In this document: positions 1 to 10,711 of the stretch, piece after piece
How positions within the stretch are numbered: position 1 is the stretch's first letter
How the letters are laid out: the number at the start of each line of letters is the position of its first letter
Source: Thraustochytrium aureum
Lineage: Eukaryota
Assembly (NCBI GenBank): GCA_012862495.1
Contig: BLSG01000353.1
Coordinates: 142,922 to 182,556, forward strand
Direction: 5' to 3'
DNA: 39,635 bases
Position numbers and translations under genes: made by a program
Notes under the pieces: model-generated
What the model saw: the letters and a program-made list of their open reading frames with translations, nothing else
Database searches by the model: none
Told to the model about the DNA's origin: nothing

Positions 1-3
1 TGC

Positions 4-3000
4 ATGAAGGTGGCCGTGCTCGGCGACAAAGGCGTGGGGAAAACGAGTGCGGTGCGCGCGTTTAGCGGGTTGACATTTGAGCAAGAGTACGAGGAGAGCG
101 TCGAGACCAAGATCTGGGACTGCCTGCTGCCGAGCACGCAGTTCGCTGATGTGGCAGCGTCGCCGGTGCGCGATCAAGCCAAAATACGGGCCCAGTTCTG
201 GGACTGCGGCACCCAGCGCCTTGACGACGCCAAGCTCGAGCGCATGCTCGACGGCGCTCCTGTGGCCTTGCTGGTCTATGACGTGACCGACCACGACAGC
301 TACATCAACGCGACGACAAGGTGGTTCGACTGCGTGCGCAGCATGTGCCCAGAGGCCTTTGTCGTTCTCGTCGGGTGCAAATCTGACCAACTCAAGCGCA
401 GAGCTGTCAGCGTGAAAGAAGTCGAGGCATTTGCAAGCAACAACCACCTCTTCTTCATGGAAATGTCGTCAAAGACCGGGATCAACGTGGAGCTCACACT
501 CTCCATCCTCCGCATCCGAGCCAAGCACACCATGAACACGCGTGCGGCAGGGGCAGAGTCAGGAATCAGCTTTGACGACGACGACGCGTTCGACAGCTTT
601 GACAACAGTCTCGAACAAAGCGACGAAGCATTTGATCTCGACAACGGTGCCGATCCCTTTGAAGACAACGCCTGGACAGGGCCCGGCAACAGCAGCGCGA
701 GGCGGGCCTCGTTCGGATCAAACTCGCAGGCGAGCGCGTTGAGCACAGCAAGCTCGGCCCGGCGACGAATCCCGGTGGCTTCCATCTCGCTGAAGGAGAT
801 TCAAGCCGCGAGCGCAGTTGAGCAGGGGCAGGGGGGCCAGCGCGGTGGGCCGGCGACTGGTTCAGCCGAGTCGCTTCCGCGTGAAGGGGCGCACCAGCAC
901 CCGCACTCGCTGTATGCACGGGGGGGCAAGGCTTCACGCCGAGCCTCGGCGGTATCGACGCTGCCGAGCGTGTCCGCGANNNNNNNNNNNNNNNNNNNNN
1001 NNNNNNNNNNNNNNNNNNNNNNNNNNNNNNNNNNNNNNNNNNNNNNNNNNNNNNNNNNNNNNNNNNNNNNNNNNNNNNNNNNNNNNNNNNNNNNNNNNNN
1101 NNNNNNNNNNNNNNNNNNNNNNNNNNNNNNNNNNNNNNNNNNNNNNNNNNNNNNNNNNNNNNNNNNNNNNNNNNNNNNNNNNNNNNNNNNNNNNNNNNNN
1201 NNNNNNNNNNNNNNNNNNNNNNNNNNNNNNNNNNNNNNNNNNNNNNNNNNNNNNNNNNNNNNNNNNNNNNNNNNNNNNNNNNNNNNNNNNNNNNNNNNNN
1301 NNNNNNNNNNNNNNNNNNNNNNNNNNNNNNNNNNNNNNNNNNNNNNNNNNNNNNNNNNNNNNNNNNNNNNNNNNNNNNNNNNNNNNNNNNNNNNNNNNNN
1401 NNNNNNNNNNNGGCCAGCGCGACGACTATCTCGAGCATCACTTCTGCGCGCACCGGGACCTCGAGCGCAGTGGGCGGCGGGCCAATGACCATCAGCGCCA
1501 TCTTGGGACGCAGCTCGCGAGAGCGCTTGCCGTTCGAGACGACCGAGCAGGACCCGCGCCGCGCCAGGGTCGACTCCACCGCGGTCTCCACGCTCGGCGC
1601 GCAAGACGAGCGACTATCCTCGCCGGCCTCGGATAGCTTTGTCCCGCCCCCGCCGCCCCTTGGGCCGCCGCCAGTGCTGGCCCCAAATCTCGCAAGCGCC
1701 GAGGCACTTGGGTCGGTGCAAAGGGGAGGGATGCGCGGAGCTGGCCAGGGCGACGACGTCGAAAGCCGCAGCAGGACGAGCTCGAGCGGGTCGTCGTATC
1801 GCAAGGAGAACGCCACGATGCCGTCCAACCTTATCTCGATGCCCCAGTCTGCCGCGCAGCAGGCCGCGGTGCAGAAGGAGTTTGAGGGCCTTTCGAAGAT
1901 CGTCAAAGGCGCGCTGGATGTCGCCAGCCCTTCGAAGAAACGCTCCGGGCGGGCAGGCCCTGACACGACGGCGGAGGACAAGACCGAGCGCGACGCGGGG
2001 CGTGCTAGTGGCCAGGGCCGCACCACCCGTGTCTTGAGCGACAGCGGCAGCGAGCACACCGTGTCACTTGCAGCAGGGAACGGGGTTACGCAAATGCGCG
2101 TGCACCGCACGGGGAGTATCAGCGTTTCCACGGTCCCAGACGGGCCTCAGATACGTGTCAGCCGGCCAGGGAACCGAAGCGCCGAGCTCAGGGCTGCGCC
2201 TGATCGGCGAGGCAGCGAGTCAGACGACGAGTCGGGCGCCGGGTCTCGGGCCTGGGTCTCAGCCTGGCAGCGTCGCCAGCGACAACAACAGTGGGGCGGG
2301 GGTGGAGCTCGTCTGGGCTGCCCAGGCTTCAAGCAACGGCAATCTCCCGCCCAGGCAAGGGCGGCGCTCCGGAGGGGAGAGCTCGCTTGCTTCCCGCCAA
2401 CGGGACCAAGACGAGCTGGCCGAGCGGCGCATTCGCCCCGAAGAGCTCACGCTGCACCATCGCCCGACGAAGTCGTTCTTGCGCAAGCTTGAGGAGGACG
2501 CAGCAGCCATTGCCTCGGGCGGAGGCGGCCCGCGCCGCGGAGGACCTGGCATGGCCTCGGCCGCGTCGTCCGCGCATGCAGACGCACACCAGCCGCGCGC
2601 CAGGTCTTCTTCTTCGGCGCCGGACCTCTACGTCGACGTCAACATGGAAGGGCGCCAAGTGGGTTCTATTGCGGTCCGGGAGGGGGACAACCCTGCTCAC
2701 CTCGCCTCCGAGTTTGTGAGGCAGCACCGCCTGCCCGGCCGGATGACCGAACGGCTCACNNNNNNNNNNNNNNNNNNNNNNNNNNNNNNNNNNNNNNNNN
2801 NNNNNNNNNNNNNNNNNNNNNNNNNNNNNNNNNNNNNNNNNNNNNNNNNNNNNNNNNNNNNNNNNNNNNNNNNNNNNNNNNNNNNNNNNNNNNNNNNNNN
2901 NNNNNNNNNNNNNNNNNNNNNNNNNNNNNNNNNNNNNNNNNNNNNNNNNNNNNNNNNNNNNNNNNNNNNNNNNNNNNNNNNNNNNNNNNNNNNNNNNNNN

Positions 3001-3899
3001 NNNNNNNNNNNNNNNNNNNNNNNNNNNNNNNNNNNNNNNNNNNNNNNNNNNNNNNNNNNNNNNNNNNNNNNNNNNNNNNNNNNNNNNNNNNNNNNNNNNN
3101 NNNNNNNNNNNNNNNNNNNNNNNNNNNNNNNNNNNNNNNNNNNNNNNNNNNNNNNNNNNNNNNNNNNNNNNNNNNNNNNNNNNNNNNNNNNNNNNNNNNN
3201 NNNNNNNNNNNNNNNNNNNNNNNNNNNNNNNNNNNNNNNNNNNNNNNNNNNNNNNNNNNNNNNNNNNNNNNNNNNNNNNNNNNNNNNNNNNNNNNNNNNN
3301 NNNNNNNNNNNNNNNNNNNNNNNNNNNNNNNNNNNNNNNNNNNNNACCCAAGTGTGCTGACGCAAAAGCAGCGCGAGTTGCTGCACGCCACGTTGGGTTG
3401 GAACGGCGACCTTGGAACCTTTCAAGATCCTTCCGCGACGTTTGTGGGGCAATCCGCAGCGGAGGTGCCGCCCGGGCCCAAGCCGCATGGCAACGAGCGC
3501 GGCACGGGGGCGGTCGGCGGCCAGGGCGAAATGTGGAGCACGAGCGAGGCCTCGGTAGCCAATGAGAACAGGCCAGTGCAGCCCTCCTGGTCGAGCCTGG
3601 CAGCACCAGCGGCATCAGCGCCAAAGACCAGCTGGTCGCTAGCGGGTTCCGAGGCGGGCTCTGAGCCGTCCCCAAAGCCGCAGCGCCGCCCGCCGCCGGT
3701 GCCCGGCAGCGAGTTGCTGTTCAACTTGGATGTCAATTTGGGGCAGGGCCGCACCGAGCGTATCGCTGTGCACGAGGATGACAACCTGGCGCACTTGGCG
3801 CAGGACTTTTGCGCCAAGCACCGTCTCGCCGCGTCCAAGGTCTCGCGCGTGCAGTTTCTTTTGGAAGAGAAGCTCGTGGTCTTCACGCGGGGGTTCTAA
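4..3899 (+). CDS. Large Rab-like small-GTPase-domain protein with long low-complexity linker and two copies of a C-terminal ~45-aa domain (spans two N-gaps and one frameshift near 2248)
   Basis: ATG at 4. G1 GDKGVGKT, G3-like FWDCGTQ, LLVYDVTD, G4-like VGCKSD, G5 FMEMSSK (4-~525). Ser/Gly/Pro-rich reading continues after the gap in frame 1470, shifts to frame 2068 at GGG 2248-2250, and ends in frame 3354 at TAA 3897-3899. Repeats: LYVDVNMEGRQVGSIAVREGDNPAHLASEF and LFNLDVNLGQGRTERIAVHEDDNLAHLAQDF. Continuity across the gaps is inferred. Confidence 0.7.
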
Positions 3900-4318
3900 A
3901 GTCCGCCGCGCAACGCGCAGGAAGGCCTGGCACGAGCACGGTTTCGTTGGAGTCCTGCTCGGGAGCGAAGCACCAAGTGGCCTGCTCGCTGAACCTTCCG
4001 CTGTCTGCCTGCGCGCTAGAGGACTGTCGCGAAGGCGACTGCGCAGTCGATGGCGTCGCGCATCGCGGAATCTCCCCTCTCGCTCGTCGTCATTCAGACG
4101 TAGCCGGCGCCTGGTCACCCCTGCCGGTCGCTGCAGCGCTTGCTTTCCCCAAGGACGAGGCCAGCCTGCACGCGACCCTTGGCGCGCCCTCTGAAGTCTT
4201 GCGGCTTTGGGCAGAATATAAAAGCAGAAGAGCGTGTGGGGTCGTGAATCATGATTCACGCACCCGCAACGCTGCAGTAGTTTGTGGAGTCACGCTCCCC
4301 GATCCGTAGTCGACCTAG

Positions 4319-5035
4319 CTAGGCGTTGAAACGCACGTGAATCAATGCCACGAGGCACTCTTGCACTTCTGTCGCGGCTGGAGATCCCAACGAGGGATCG
4401 CTGCGTCGACTAACTCGCATGCGCAAAGCCCCGAAAAGCGGTGCGAATGCCTGCAGGGCGAGGTCCACGCCCGTGGCGTTGAGCTCTTGAAAGCTGCAGG
4501 ACACGATCGTCCGGGTTCCCAAGCACACGGCGGCGCGGGCGAGAGCGTCGCTGCGTCGACTAACTCGCATGCGCAAAGCCCAGACGTGCCCCGCCCGTTT
4601 TTCTTCAACGCATAATGGTACCCGCGAGGGAGAGTTCCATGGTAGAGCACCGGGACTCGCTCGCGCGGGTGGGCCCTGCTTCAGAAACGTACGCGTACTA
4701 TCCTGGTCGGGCGGCAGCGAAGCCTCTGGCGTGCCGTCGCCGTCGTCGTCGTCCAGATCCAGCCACCAGTTGCGGGCACTGGCACGGGCAATGAATCCAC
4801 GCCACAAGCAGGATCCAGACGGTCGCCGCGGCATTGCTTGCGATGTTCGCCTGGTAGGTATCGGTAGTAGTAGGTGGAGTGGATCCCGCCGCAAACAAGC
4901 GGTGGACACAACAACAAAGCCGCGCGCCTCAAGGCTGAACTCGTCCGAAGCTGACCTGACGAGAACGGAGAACGAACGGGCTGGCACACGGGCCGATGAG
5001 AGCACGACGACCTTCCTACCCTCCTCAAACGGCAC
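4319..5035 (-). CDS. Hypothetical protein (uncertain ORF; start not established)
   Basis: 238-aa ORF with no recognisable domain. Contains an in-frame duplication (ALRMRVSRRSD twice, 50 aa apart). Confidence 0.25.
   Translation of the reverse strand: MPFEEGRKVVVLSSARVPARSFSVLVRSASDEFSLEARGFVVVSTACLRRDPLHLLLPIPTRRTSQAMPRRPSGSCLWRGFIARASARNWWLDLDDDDGDGTPEASLPPDQDSTRTFLKQGPPARASPGALPWNSPSRVPLCVEEKRAGHVWALRMRVSRRSDALARAAVCLGTRTIVSCSFQELNATGVDLALQAFAPLFGALRMRVSRRSDPSLGSPAATEVQECLVALIHVRFNA
4398..4581. repeat. Perfect 34-bp direct repeat, two copies 150 bp apart
   Basis: tcgctgcgtcgactaactcgcatgcgcaaagccc at 4398-4431 and 4548-4581. Confidence 0.95.
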
Positions 5036-5366
5036 ATCCTCCCGGACTCTTCCTCCGAATTCGAGGGCAAAGTGACACGTTCACGCTGCGCTACGGCACA
5101 ACCATCCGCACAACCGTGAGCCACAGGCGGTCGCCGTGCAAGCCCCGAAGTGCCGCGTCGTGGCGCTGCGCTGCCTGGAGAGCAGAGCGAGGCAGAGGAG
5201 AGTTGCTCGCATGAAAGGGGAAGAGAAGGCGCGAGGAAACGCGGCCTCTTCCTCCCCAATCCAACTCGACTGCGCTCGCTCTGCCAGCAGTTCAGAAGAA
5301 GAATCTCACGAAGAACAGCTCCAGCAGCAGACCCCAAACGCGCATCAGCAGCGCCCGCCGCCGCCG

Positions 5367-5549
5367 CAGCAGCAGNNNNNNNNNNNNNNNNNNNNNNNNN
5401 NNNNNNNNNNNNNNNNNNNNNNNNNNNNNNNNNNNNNNNNNNNNNNNNNNNNNNNNNNNNNNNNNNNNNNNNNNNNNNNNNNNNNNNNNNNNNNNNNNNN
5501 NNNNNNNNNNNNNNNNNNNNNNNNNNNNNNNNNCAGCAGCAGCAGCAGC
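5367..5549 (+). repeat. (CAG)n/(GCA)n microsatellite on both sides of an N-gap
   Basis: gcagcagcag before the gap and cagcagcagcagcagc after it. Confidence 0.6.
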
Positions 5550-5734
5550 GAGATCGCAGCAGTGAGCACTCTCCAACGACTAGATCGGTACGTACAAACG
5601 GGCAGCAGGCGGTGCGTTTGGCATTGGGTTGGATTTTGCGAGTCGGGCTGGGACAGGTCCACTTTGTTGTCGCTGTCGTTGATTCTCATCAATCTTGTTT
5701 TGCTGACGTTGGCTTGGCTGTGCAGTTGGCCAAG

Positions 5735-7329
5735 ATGAAGGGACCGGCGGTGGTGCTTGCCGTCGTGGCGGTCGCGGCTACCGCGAACGGCGATGGATGC
5801 AAGAATGTGCACAAGGTGCCGCTGAGCAAGATGCCCAGGCAGTGGGCGCACCAGCAGGAGGAGGGCGAGCAGGCGACCTTTTACAACCCGCTCCTGGCAA
5901 AGTACGGCGCCACGGTTGAAGGCCCCGAGGAGGGCGCGCTCGCCGTCAAAGACTACATGAACGCGCAGTACTATTGCGAGGTGGAGGCCGGGACGCCCGG
6001 GCAAAAGGTCGCCGTGGTCATGGACACTGGCTCCTCCAACATCTGGTTTCGTAAGTGGATTAGTTTTGCTGCGTCGCTGCGCTGCGTCGCTGTGCTGCGT
6101 CGCTGTGACGCCCGCCCGCCCCGCCCCGCCCCGCCGCGCGAGTCGGCTCGCTCGAGAGGCTGACAAGGCCGCCCGGACCCCGCGCAGCCACCAAGAACAA
6201 GTTCCTGCAACACCACGCCGTGTACAAGTCGGGCAAGTCGTCGACGTTCAAGCCGAACGGGACCAAGTTCGAGATCCACTACGGAAGCGGGTCGGTGAAG
6301 GGCCACTTCGTCAACGACAACGTCCAGGTGGGCCCCTTCAAGCTCGAGGGGTACAACTTTGCCGCCGTCGACGACACAAGCGGCATGGGCGTCGCCTATT
6401 GGCTGGCCAAGTTTGACGGCATCTTCGGGCTCGGGTTTGCTGCGCTGGTGCAGGGCGGCGGGCCCGCCCCGATCGACGTGCTGTTCTCGCAAAAGGGCGG
6501 CAACTACCCGGAGAAACCCGAGTTTGCGTTTTACCTGCAGGGCGACCCGGACTCGCCGGGCGAGCTCGTGTTCGGCGGCGTCGACGCCAAGCACTACACG
6601 GGCGACTTCCACACGGTGCCTGTCAGCTCGCAGACGTACTGGGAGGTCAAGCTGGACAGCGTCAAGATGAACGGCGAGACCGTGGGCAGCACCAAGAAGG
6701 CCATCATCGACTCGGGCACCTCGCTCCTGGCGGGCCCTTCGAGCGAGGTCAAAAAGCTGGCGGCCGCCATCGGCGCCAAGCCGCTCGTCATGGGCGAGTA
6801 CATGGTGGACTGCAACACGCAGAACGCGCCCGACCTCGAGTTTGAGCTCAACGGCAAGACCTTTTCGCTCTCGTTCGACGAGTATGTGATCAAGGAGCAG
6901 GGGACCTGCCTGCTCGGGATGCTGGGCATGGACATTCCTGAGCCGAACGGCCCGCTCTGGATCCTCGGCGACGTGTTCATGCGCAAGTACTACGTCAAAT
7001 TCGACTACGGCAACAAGCAGGTCGGCATCGCGCTCGCTGCCCCGGCCGCGGCTTCGGAACGCACCTGGATGTCGATGATGATGCACGGCGACCACGGCCA
7101 CCACCACGACCGCCACCACCACGACCGCCGCCACCACGGCCATCACCACCACGGCCACGGCCACTGCCACGCGTTTGCTGGCGTTGGTGCGTTGCTTGCC
7201 TTGGTGGCGATCGTAAAGTTCGTCCGGGTCCGCCGCGCCCAGCGCCTTGCCGCCGAGAGCGCCGCGGTCGCGGACGGCGACTACAAGGCTGTGCCCCTCG
7301 TCGAGTCGCCCGCGAGCAGCTCGGTTTGA
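5735..7329 (+). CDS. Pepsin-family (A1, cathepsin D-like) aspartic protease with signal peptide, His-rich tract and C-terminal TM helix; exons 5735-6050 and 6188-7329
   Basis: Signal peptide MKGPAVVLAVVAVAATA. Motifs: DYMNAQYYCEV, catalytic VMDTGSSNIW and IIDSGTSLL, flap YGSG, FDGIFGLGF, WILGDVFMRKYY. Intron 6051-6187 (GTAAGT...GCTGAC...GCAG) restores the frame (IWFPTKNK). Confidence 0.95.
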
Positions 7330-7543
7330 GCGGCTGCCGCTGCTGGAGGGTTGCGCATGCTCTCTTCCCAACCTACCCTACGAGGCGCCCCCGGCAGCCA
7401 GCGAGCCCTCCGGGGCGCGAGAGCGAATGCAGAGTAACAACGAAGAGAAGCGAAGACAGTTATTCACACCAGCTAATGCACAAGCAAGCGCGCTCGCAAC
7501 CGATCGGCGAGCAATACATCGCCTTGGAGGGGCCGCGTCGCCG

Positions 7544-7759
7544 TCATGCGATGCGCTCCGCGGGCACGTTGCGCGCGTCGTTATGAAACAAAATGTGCTG
7601 CCCTCCGGGCGTCACAAACGGAGCATACATGGACTCGGGCACCTCGCTCTTGATCTGCTTCGTCGGCGTCAGCACATACCCCTTCGGATTCCTCTTCTTC
7701 GCCTCGCTCGCGATCAGCGACACGCGCCGCTGCAGCTCGTCGTCCAGTTCAGCCTCCAT
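7544..7759 (-). CDS. Small 71-aa hypothetical protein
   Basis: ATG at 7759 gives MEAELDDELQRRVSLIASEAKKRNPKGYVLTPTKQIKSEVPESMYAPFVTPGGQHILFHNDARNVPAERIA. Protein-like composition and GC3-rich codons; convergent with the protease gene. Confidence 0.5.
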   Translation of the reverse strand: MEAELDDELQRRVSLIASEAKKRNPKGYVLTPTKQIKSEVPESMYAPFVTPGGQHILFHNDARNVPAERIA

Positions 7760-8192
7760 CCTCCCGCGCCGCACAGCCGCGGCACGAGCAGCAGTTGCAA
7801 ACCTCAGGACGACAGCCAGCAGCAACGCAGCCAGCCAGCCAGCCGAGCACGGACGAACGACAGGCAGGGCGGAGAGGCAGGCGGCGGCAACGCTGCGCGA
7901 ATTCGCGCTTCTCGCTCTCGCCAACAAGCGCTTCAACAGGCCGCCGTCCTCGATGCGAGTCTGCCGATGCCGTGCACCTGCAGCAGCTGCCTGCCTGCCT
8001 GCTCGCCTGCCTGCAGCTGGTGGGCGGCGGTTGTTCGCGAGCGACCGGGCGAACAACCGCTGCGCGAGCAACGCCAGGTGTGCGACCGTCGTCAGGCAGG
8101 CAGGCAGGCAGGCTAGTGGGGGACTTGACCAACAACGCCGCGGCCAAGCGGCTCGCGCTCCGCGCTGGCGGGCAGAGCCTTCCTGCTCGCGT

Positions 8193-8710
8193 TCATGCGC
8201 TGTTGAGCCCCGCTGCGCGCCGGGTGATCCAGGTGTCGAGCGAGAGCGTGTCGAGCGAGAGGCGGGACGGCGCTTGCTGCTCAACGTTAGCTTGATCGAC
8301 TCCCCGCTCCGACTCGTTCGGAGGCACGGCGGTCAGGCCGGTCGCGTCAATGCGGCTCGCGGAGACGCTTGCCGCCTGCGCGCCGCGTCAATCCCCCGAC
8401 GAGGCGGCTTCTCGCGCGCGGAGCAGGGCATGTCGGCGACCCCTGTCTGGAGTTTCAAGTCTCTTGAAAGAACGGCGACGCTCGTGGCCGTTACGCGTGG
8501 ACGCGTTCTTGCCGATGGACGCGGCCCGGACGGGCTGGGGCGCGGCGTGACACGGCGCTCCGAACGGGCTGCTCGCGGCAAAGGCCGCACGGGGTTGCGA
8601 AGCGATTGATCGTGATGCGTGTATTCTACTCGCTCTTGTACTCGGCCCGCCAATTCGGTTCGGGCAGCGAGCGCTTGATGCGAGAGCGCGGGCTCGTCGA
8701 CGGCGACCAT
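8193..8710 (-). CDS. Possible hypothetical protein divergent from the cyclophilin (needs frameshift correction)
   Basis: ATG at 8710 (MVAVDEPALSHQALAARTELAGRVQERVEY...). A plausible C-terminus lies in another frame (...VEQQAPSRLSLDTLSLDTWITRRAAGLNSA*). No domain recognised. Confidence 0.2.
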
Positions 8711-8776
8711 GGCCTCGCGGCGAGCTCGCAGTCCCTGAACGGCGAGCAGCGCGCACGGACCGCGCAAGGCTGGTAG

Positions 8777-9581
8777 ATGGCGGCGAGCGGGCTGGAGGTA
8801 CGCAATCCGCGGGCGTTCTTCGATGTGCGGATCGGGGACAAACCGGTGGGGCAGCTCGTGTTCGAGCTGCGCAGGGACTTGGCCGCCAAGACCTGCGAGA
8901 ACTTCGCCAAGCTGTGCACTGGGGAGGCCGGCTTGACAAAATCTGGGTTCGAGCTCTCGTACAAGGGAAGGTGAGTCGCCGACGCGTATGCGAGGCTTGG
9001 ACCCGGGCAAGGGGGCAGGGAGAAACGACGCGGCTCTGACATTGCTGTGGCGCCAGCGTGATTCACCGCATCCTCCCGAACCAGGTCTGCCAAGGCGGCG
9101 ACATCACCAAGGGCGACGGGACGGGCGGCGAGAGCGTTTCGGCCCCGAGGGCTTTGAAGACGAGTCTTTCGCGCTCAAGGTGCGTTTGGCGGCCCGCGCG
9201 TTTGTTTTGGGAAACTGCCCTGCCCGTCCACGCAGCTGACCCCGGCGTTGCGCAGCACGTGGGCCCCGGCGTGCTCTCAATGGTCAACGCTGGACCCGAC
9301 ACAAACCGCTCGCAGTTCTTCCTCACCTTTGCGCGGATGCCCTCCCTCGACAACGCGGTAAGTCGCCGGGCCGCGCGCGCCAGACCGGCTGCATCCAATT
9401 CGCTCACGCAAGGCAGCGAGCCGCGCCGCAGCACGTTGTGTTCGGCTATGTTGTGGAGGGCATGCAAGTCTTGCGGCAGATCGAGGCCTGCGGCACGCCG
9501 AGTGGCCGCCCCACGCAGCGCGTGGTCATCTCTGACTGCGGCGTGCTCCCCGAGTTTCTCTTCTCCGAGTCCGGCCAATAA
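8777..9581 (+). CDS. Cyclophilin-type peptidyl-prolyl isomerase (divergent-loop type); exons 8777-8970, 9057-9179, 9256-9357, 9432-9581; one missing base at ~9137
   Basis: [100 protein letters not shown] introns at 8971-9056, 9180-9255 and 9358-9431. Confidence 0.93.
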
Positions 9582-9633
9582 CGCCAGGGTCGCCTGGACC
9601 CCGCGAACTCGGCCGCGGATCCAACGACAAATG

Positions 9634-9990
9634 AGTATTGAGTACGCATTTTCATACGCATCAGTTCAGGNNNNNNNNNNNNNNNNNNNNNNNNNNNNNN
9701 NNNNNNNNNNNNNNNNNNNNNNNNNNNNNNNNNNNNNNNNNNNNNNNNNNNNNNNNNNNNNNNNNNNNNNNNNNNNNNNNNNNNNNNNNNNNNNNNNNNN
9801 NNNNNNNNNNNNNNNNNACGCATTTGCATTTGTCCACTTCGCATTTCTCCGCGAGTGATCGATCACGTGGTTGCATACGCAATACGCATTTTCATTTCAA
9901 CGCAACAGTACCTAGCTACGGTAGGTTCTGCGTACTGAATACGCAATTGCAGTACGCATTTGCCCGCTTTGCATTTCTCCGCGATGAGCG
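9634..9990. repeat. Lower-GC island of dispersed TACGCA/GCATTT motifs
   Basis: TACGCA at 9643, 9655, 9876, 9883, 9940, 9953 (inverted copy at 9929). tacgcattttcat at 9643 and 9883. gcatttctccgcga at 9841 and 9971. Interrupted by an N-gap. Confidence 0.7.
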
Positions 9991-10175
9991 ATTGCATCCA
10001 TTGAGGCGCAGGAGCGCACGGACAGACCGCGTCGCAGGACGAGGAGGAGGTGGAGGAGGAGGAGGAGCGCATCGGCGAGCTAGCTCGAGCCTGTTGCGTC
10101 CTGTCGCTTTTGCCTGCCGCTGTTTTGCCTGTGCTGCGAGATACCCGGCCAACTGCGCGGCCTTGCTCGCTCGCG

Positions 10176-10457
10176 ATGGAGGGCCAAGCGGACAAGCTCA
10201 AGCGCAAGATCCTCGCCGAGCCGCTCGTGCCGCTGGGCTGCCTGGCGACCGCCGGCGTGCTGGTGGGCGGCATCGTGAGCTTTAAGCGGGGCAATGTGGT
10301 GATGTCGCAGAAGATGATGCGCGCCAGAGTTGTCGCGCAGATGGCCACGGTTGGCGCGCTCGCGTACGGCGCGTACGTGTCGGCGCAGAACAGGACCGAG
10401 TTCGAGGACGAGGGGTACAAGGGAAACCTTGCGCCGATCGGCAGCGAGACCAAGTGA
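10176..10457 (+). CDS. HIG1-domain (HIGD/Rcf1-like) mitochondrial inner-membrane protein, 93 aa
   Basis: KLKRKILAEPLVPLGCLATAGVLVGGIVSFKRGNVVMSQKMMRARVVAQMATVGAL matches the HIG1 signature (EPLVPxG...SQxxMRxRVxAQ). Confidence 0.93.
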   Translation: MEGQADKLKRKILAEPLVPLGCLATAGVLVGGIVSFKRGNVVMSQKMMRARVVAQMATVGALAYGAYVSAQNRTEFEDEGYKGNLAPIGSETK

Positions 10458-10711
10458 GCGGCGGCGCGCCGCTAGAACGCGCTTTGCGCCTTGTAGCTAC
10501 TAGGAAATTCGGCGGTGACCGCCGCCGCCGTGGAGGCGGGTCGCTGGCGCGCTCGGACGGCGCGAAACAGATGAGCAACGCGAATCAAAACCGGGCTTGC
10601 TCCCACCACACACAGAGACACATCTCCATACCTGTACATACCTAGATCTTGAAAGCCAGCGACCCCCCCCCACCCCGGCCCCCCGAGCGGACGCGGCTTG
10701 GCGCAGAGGAG

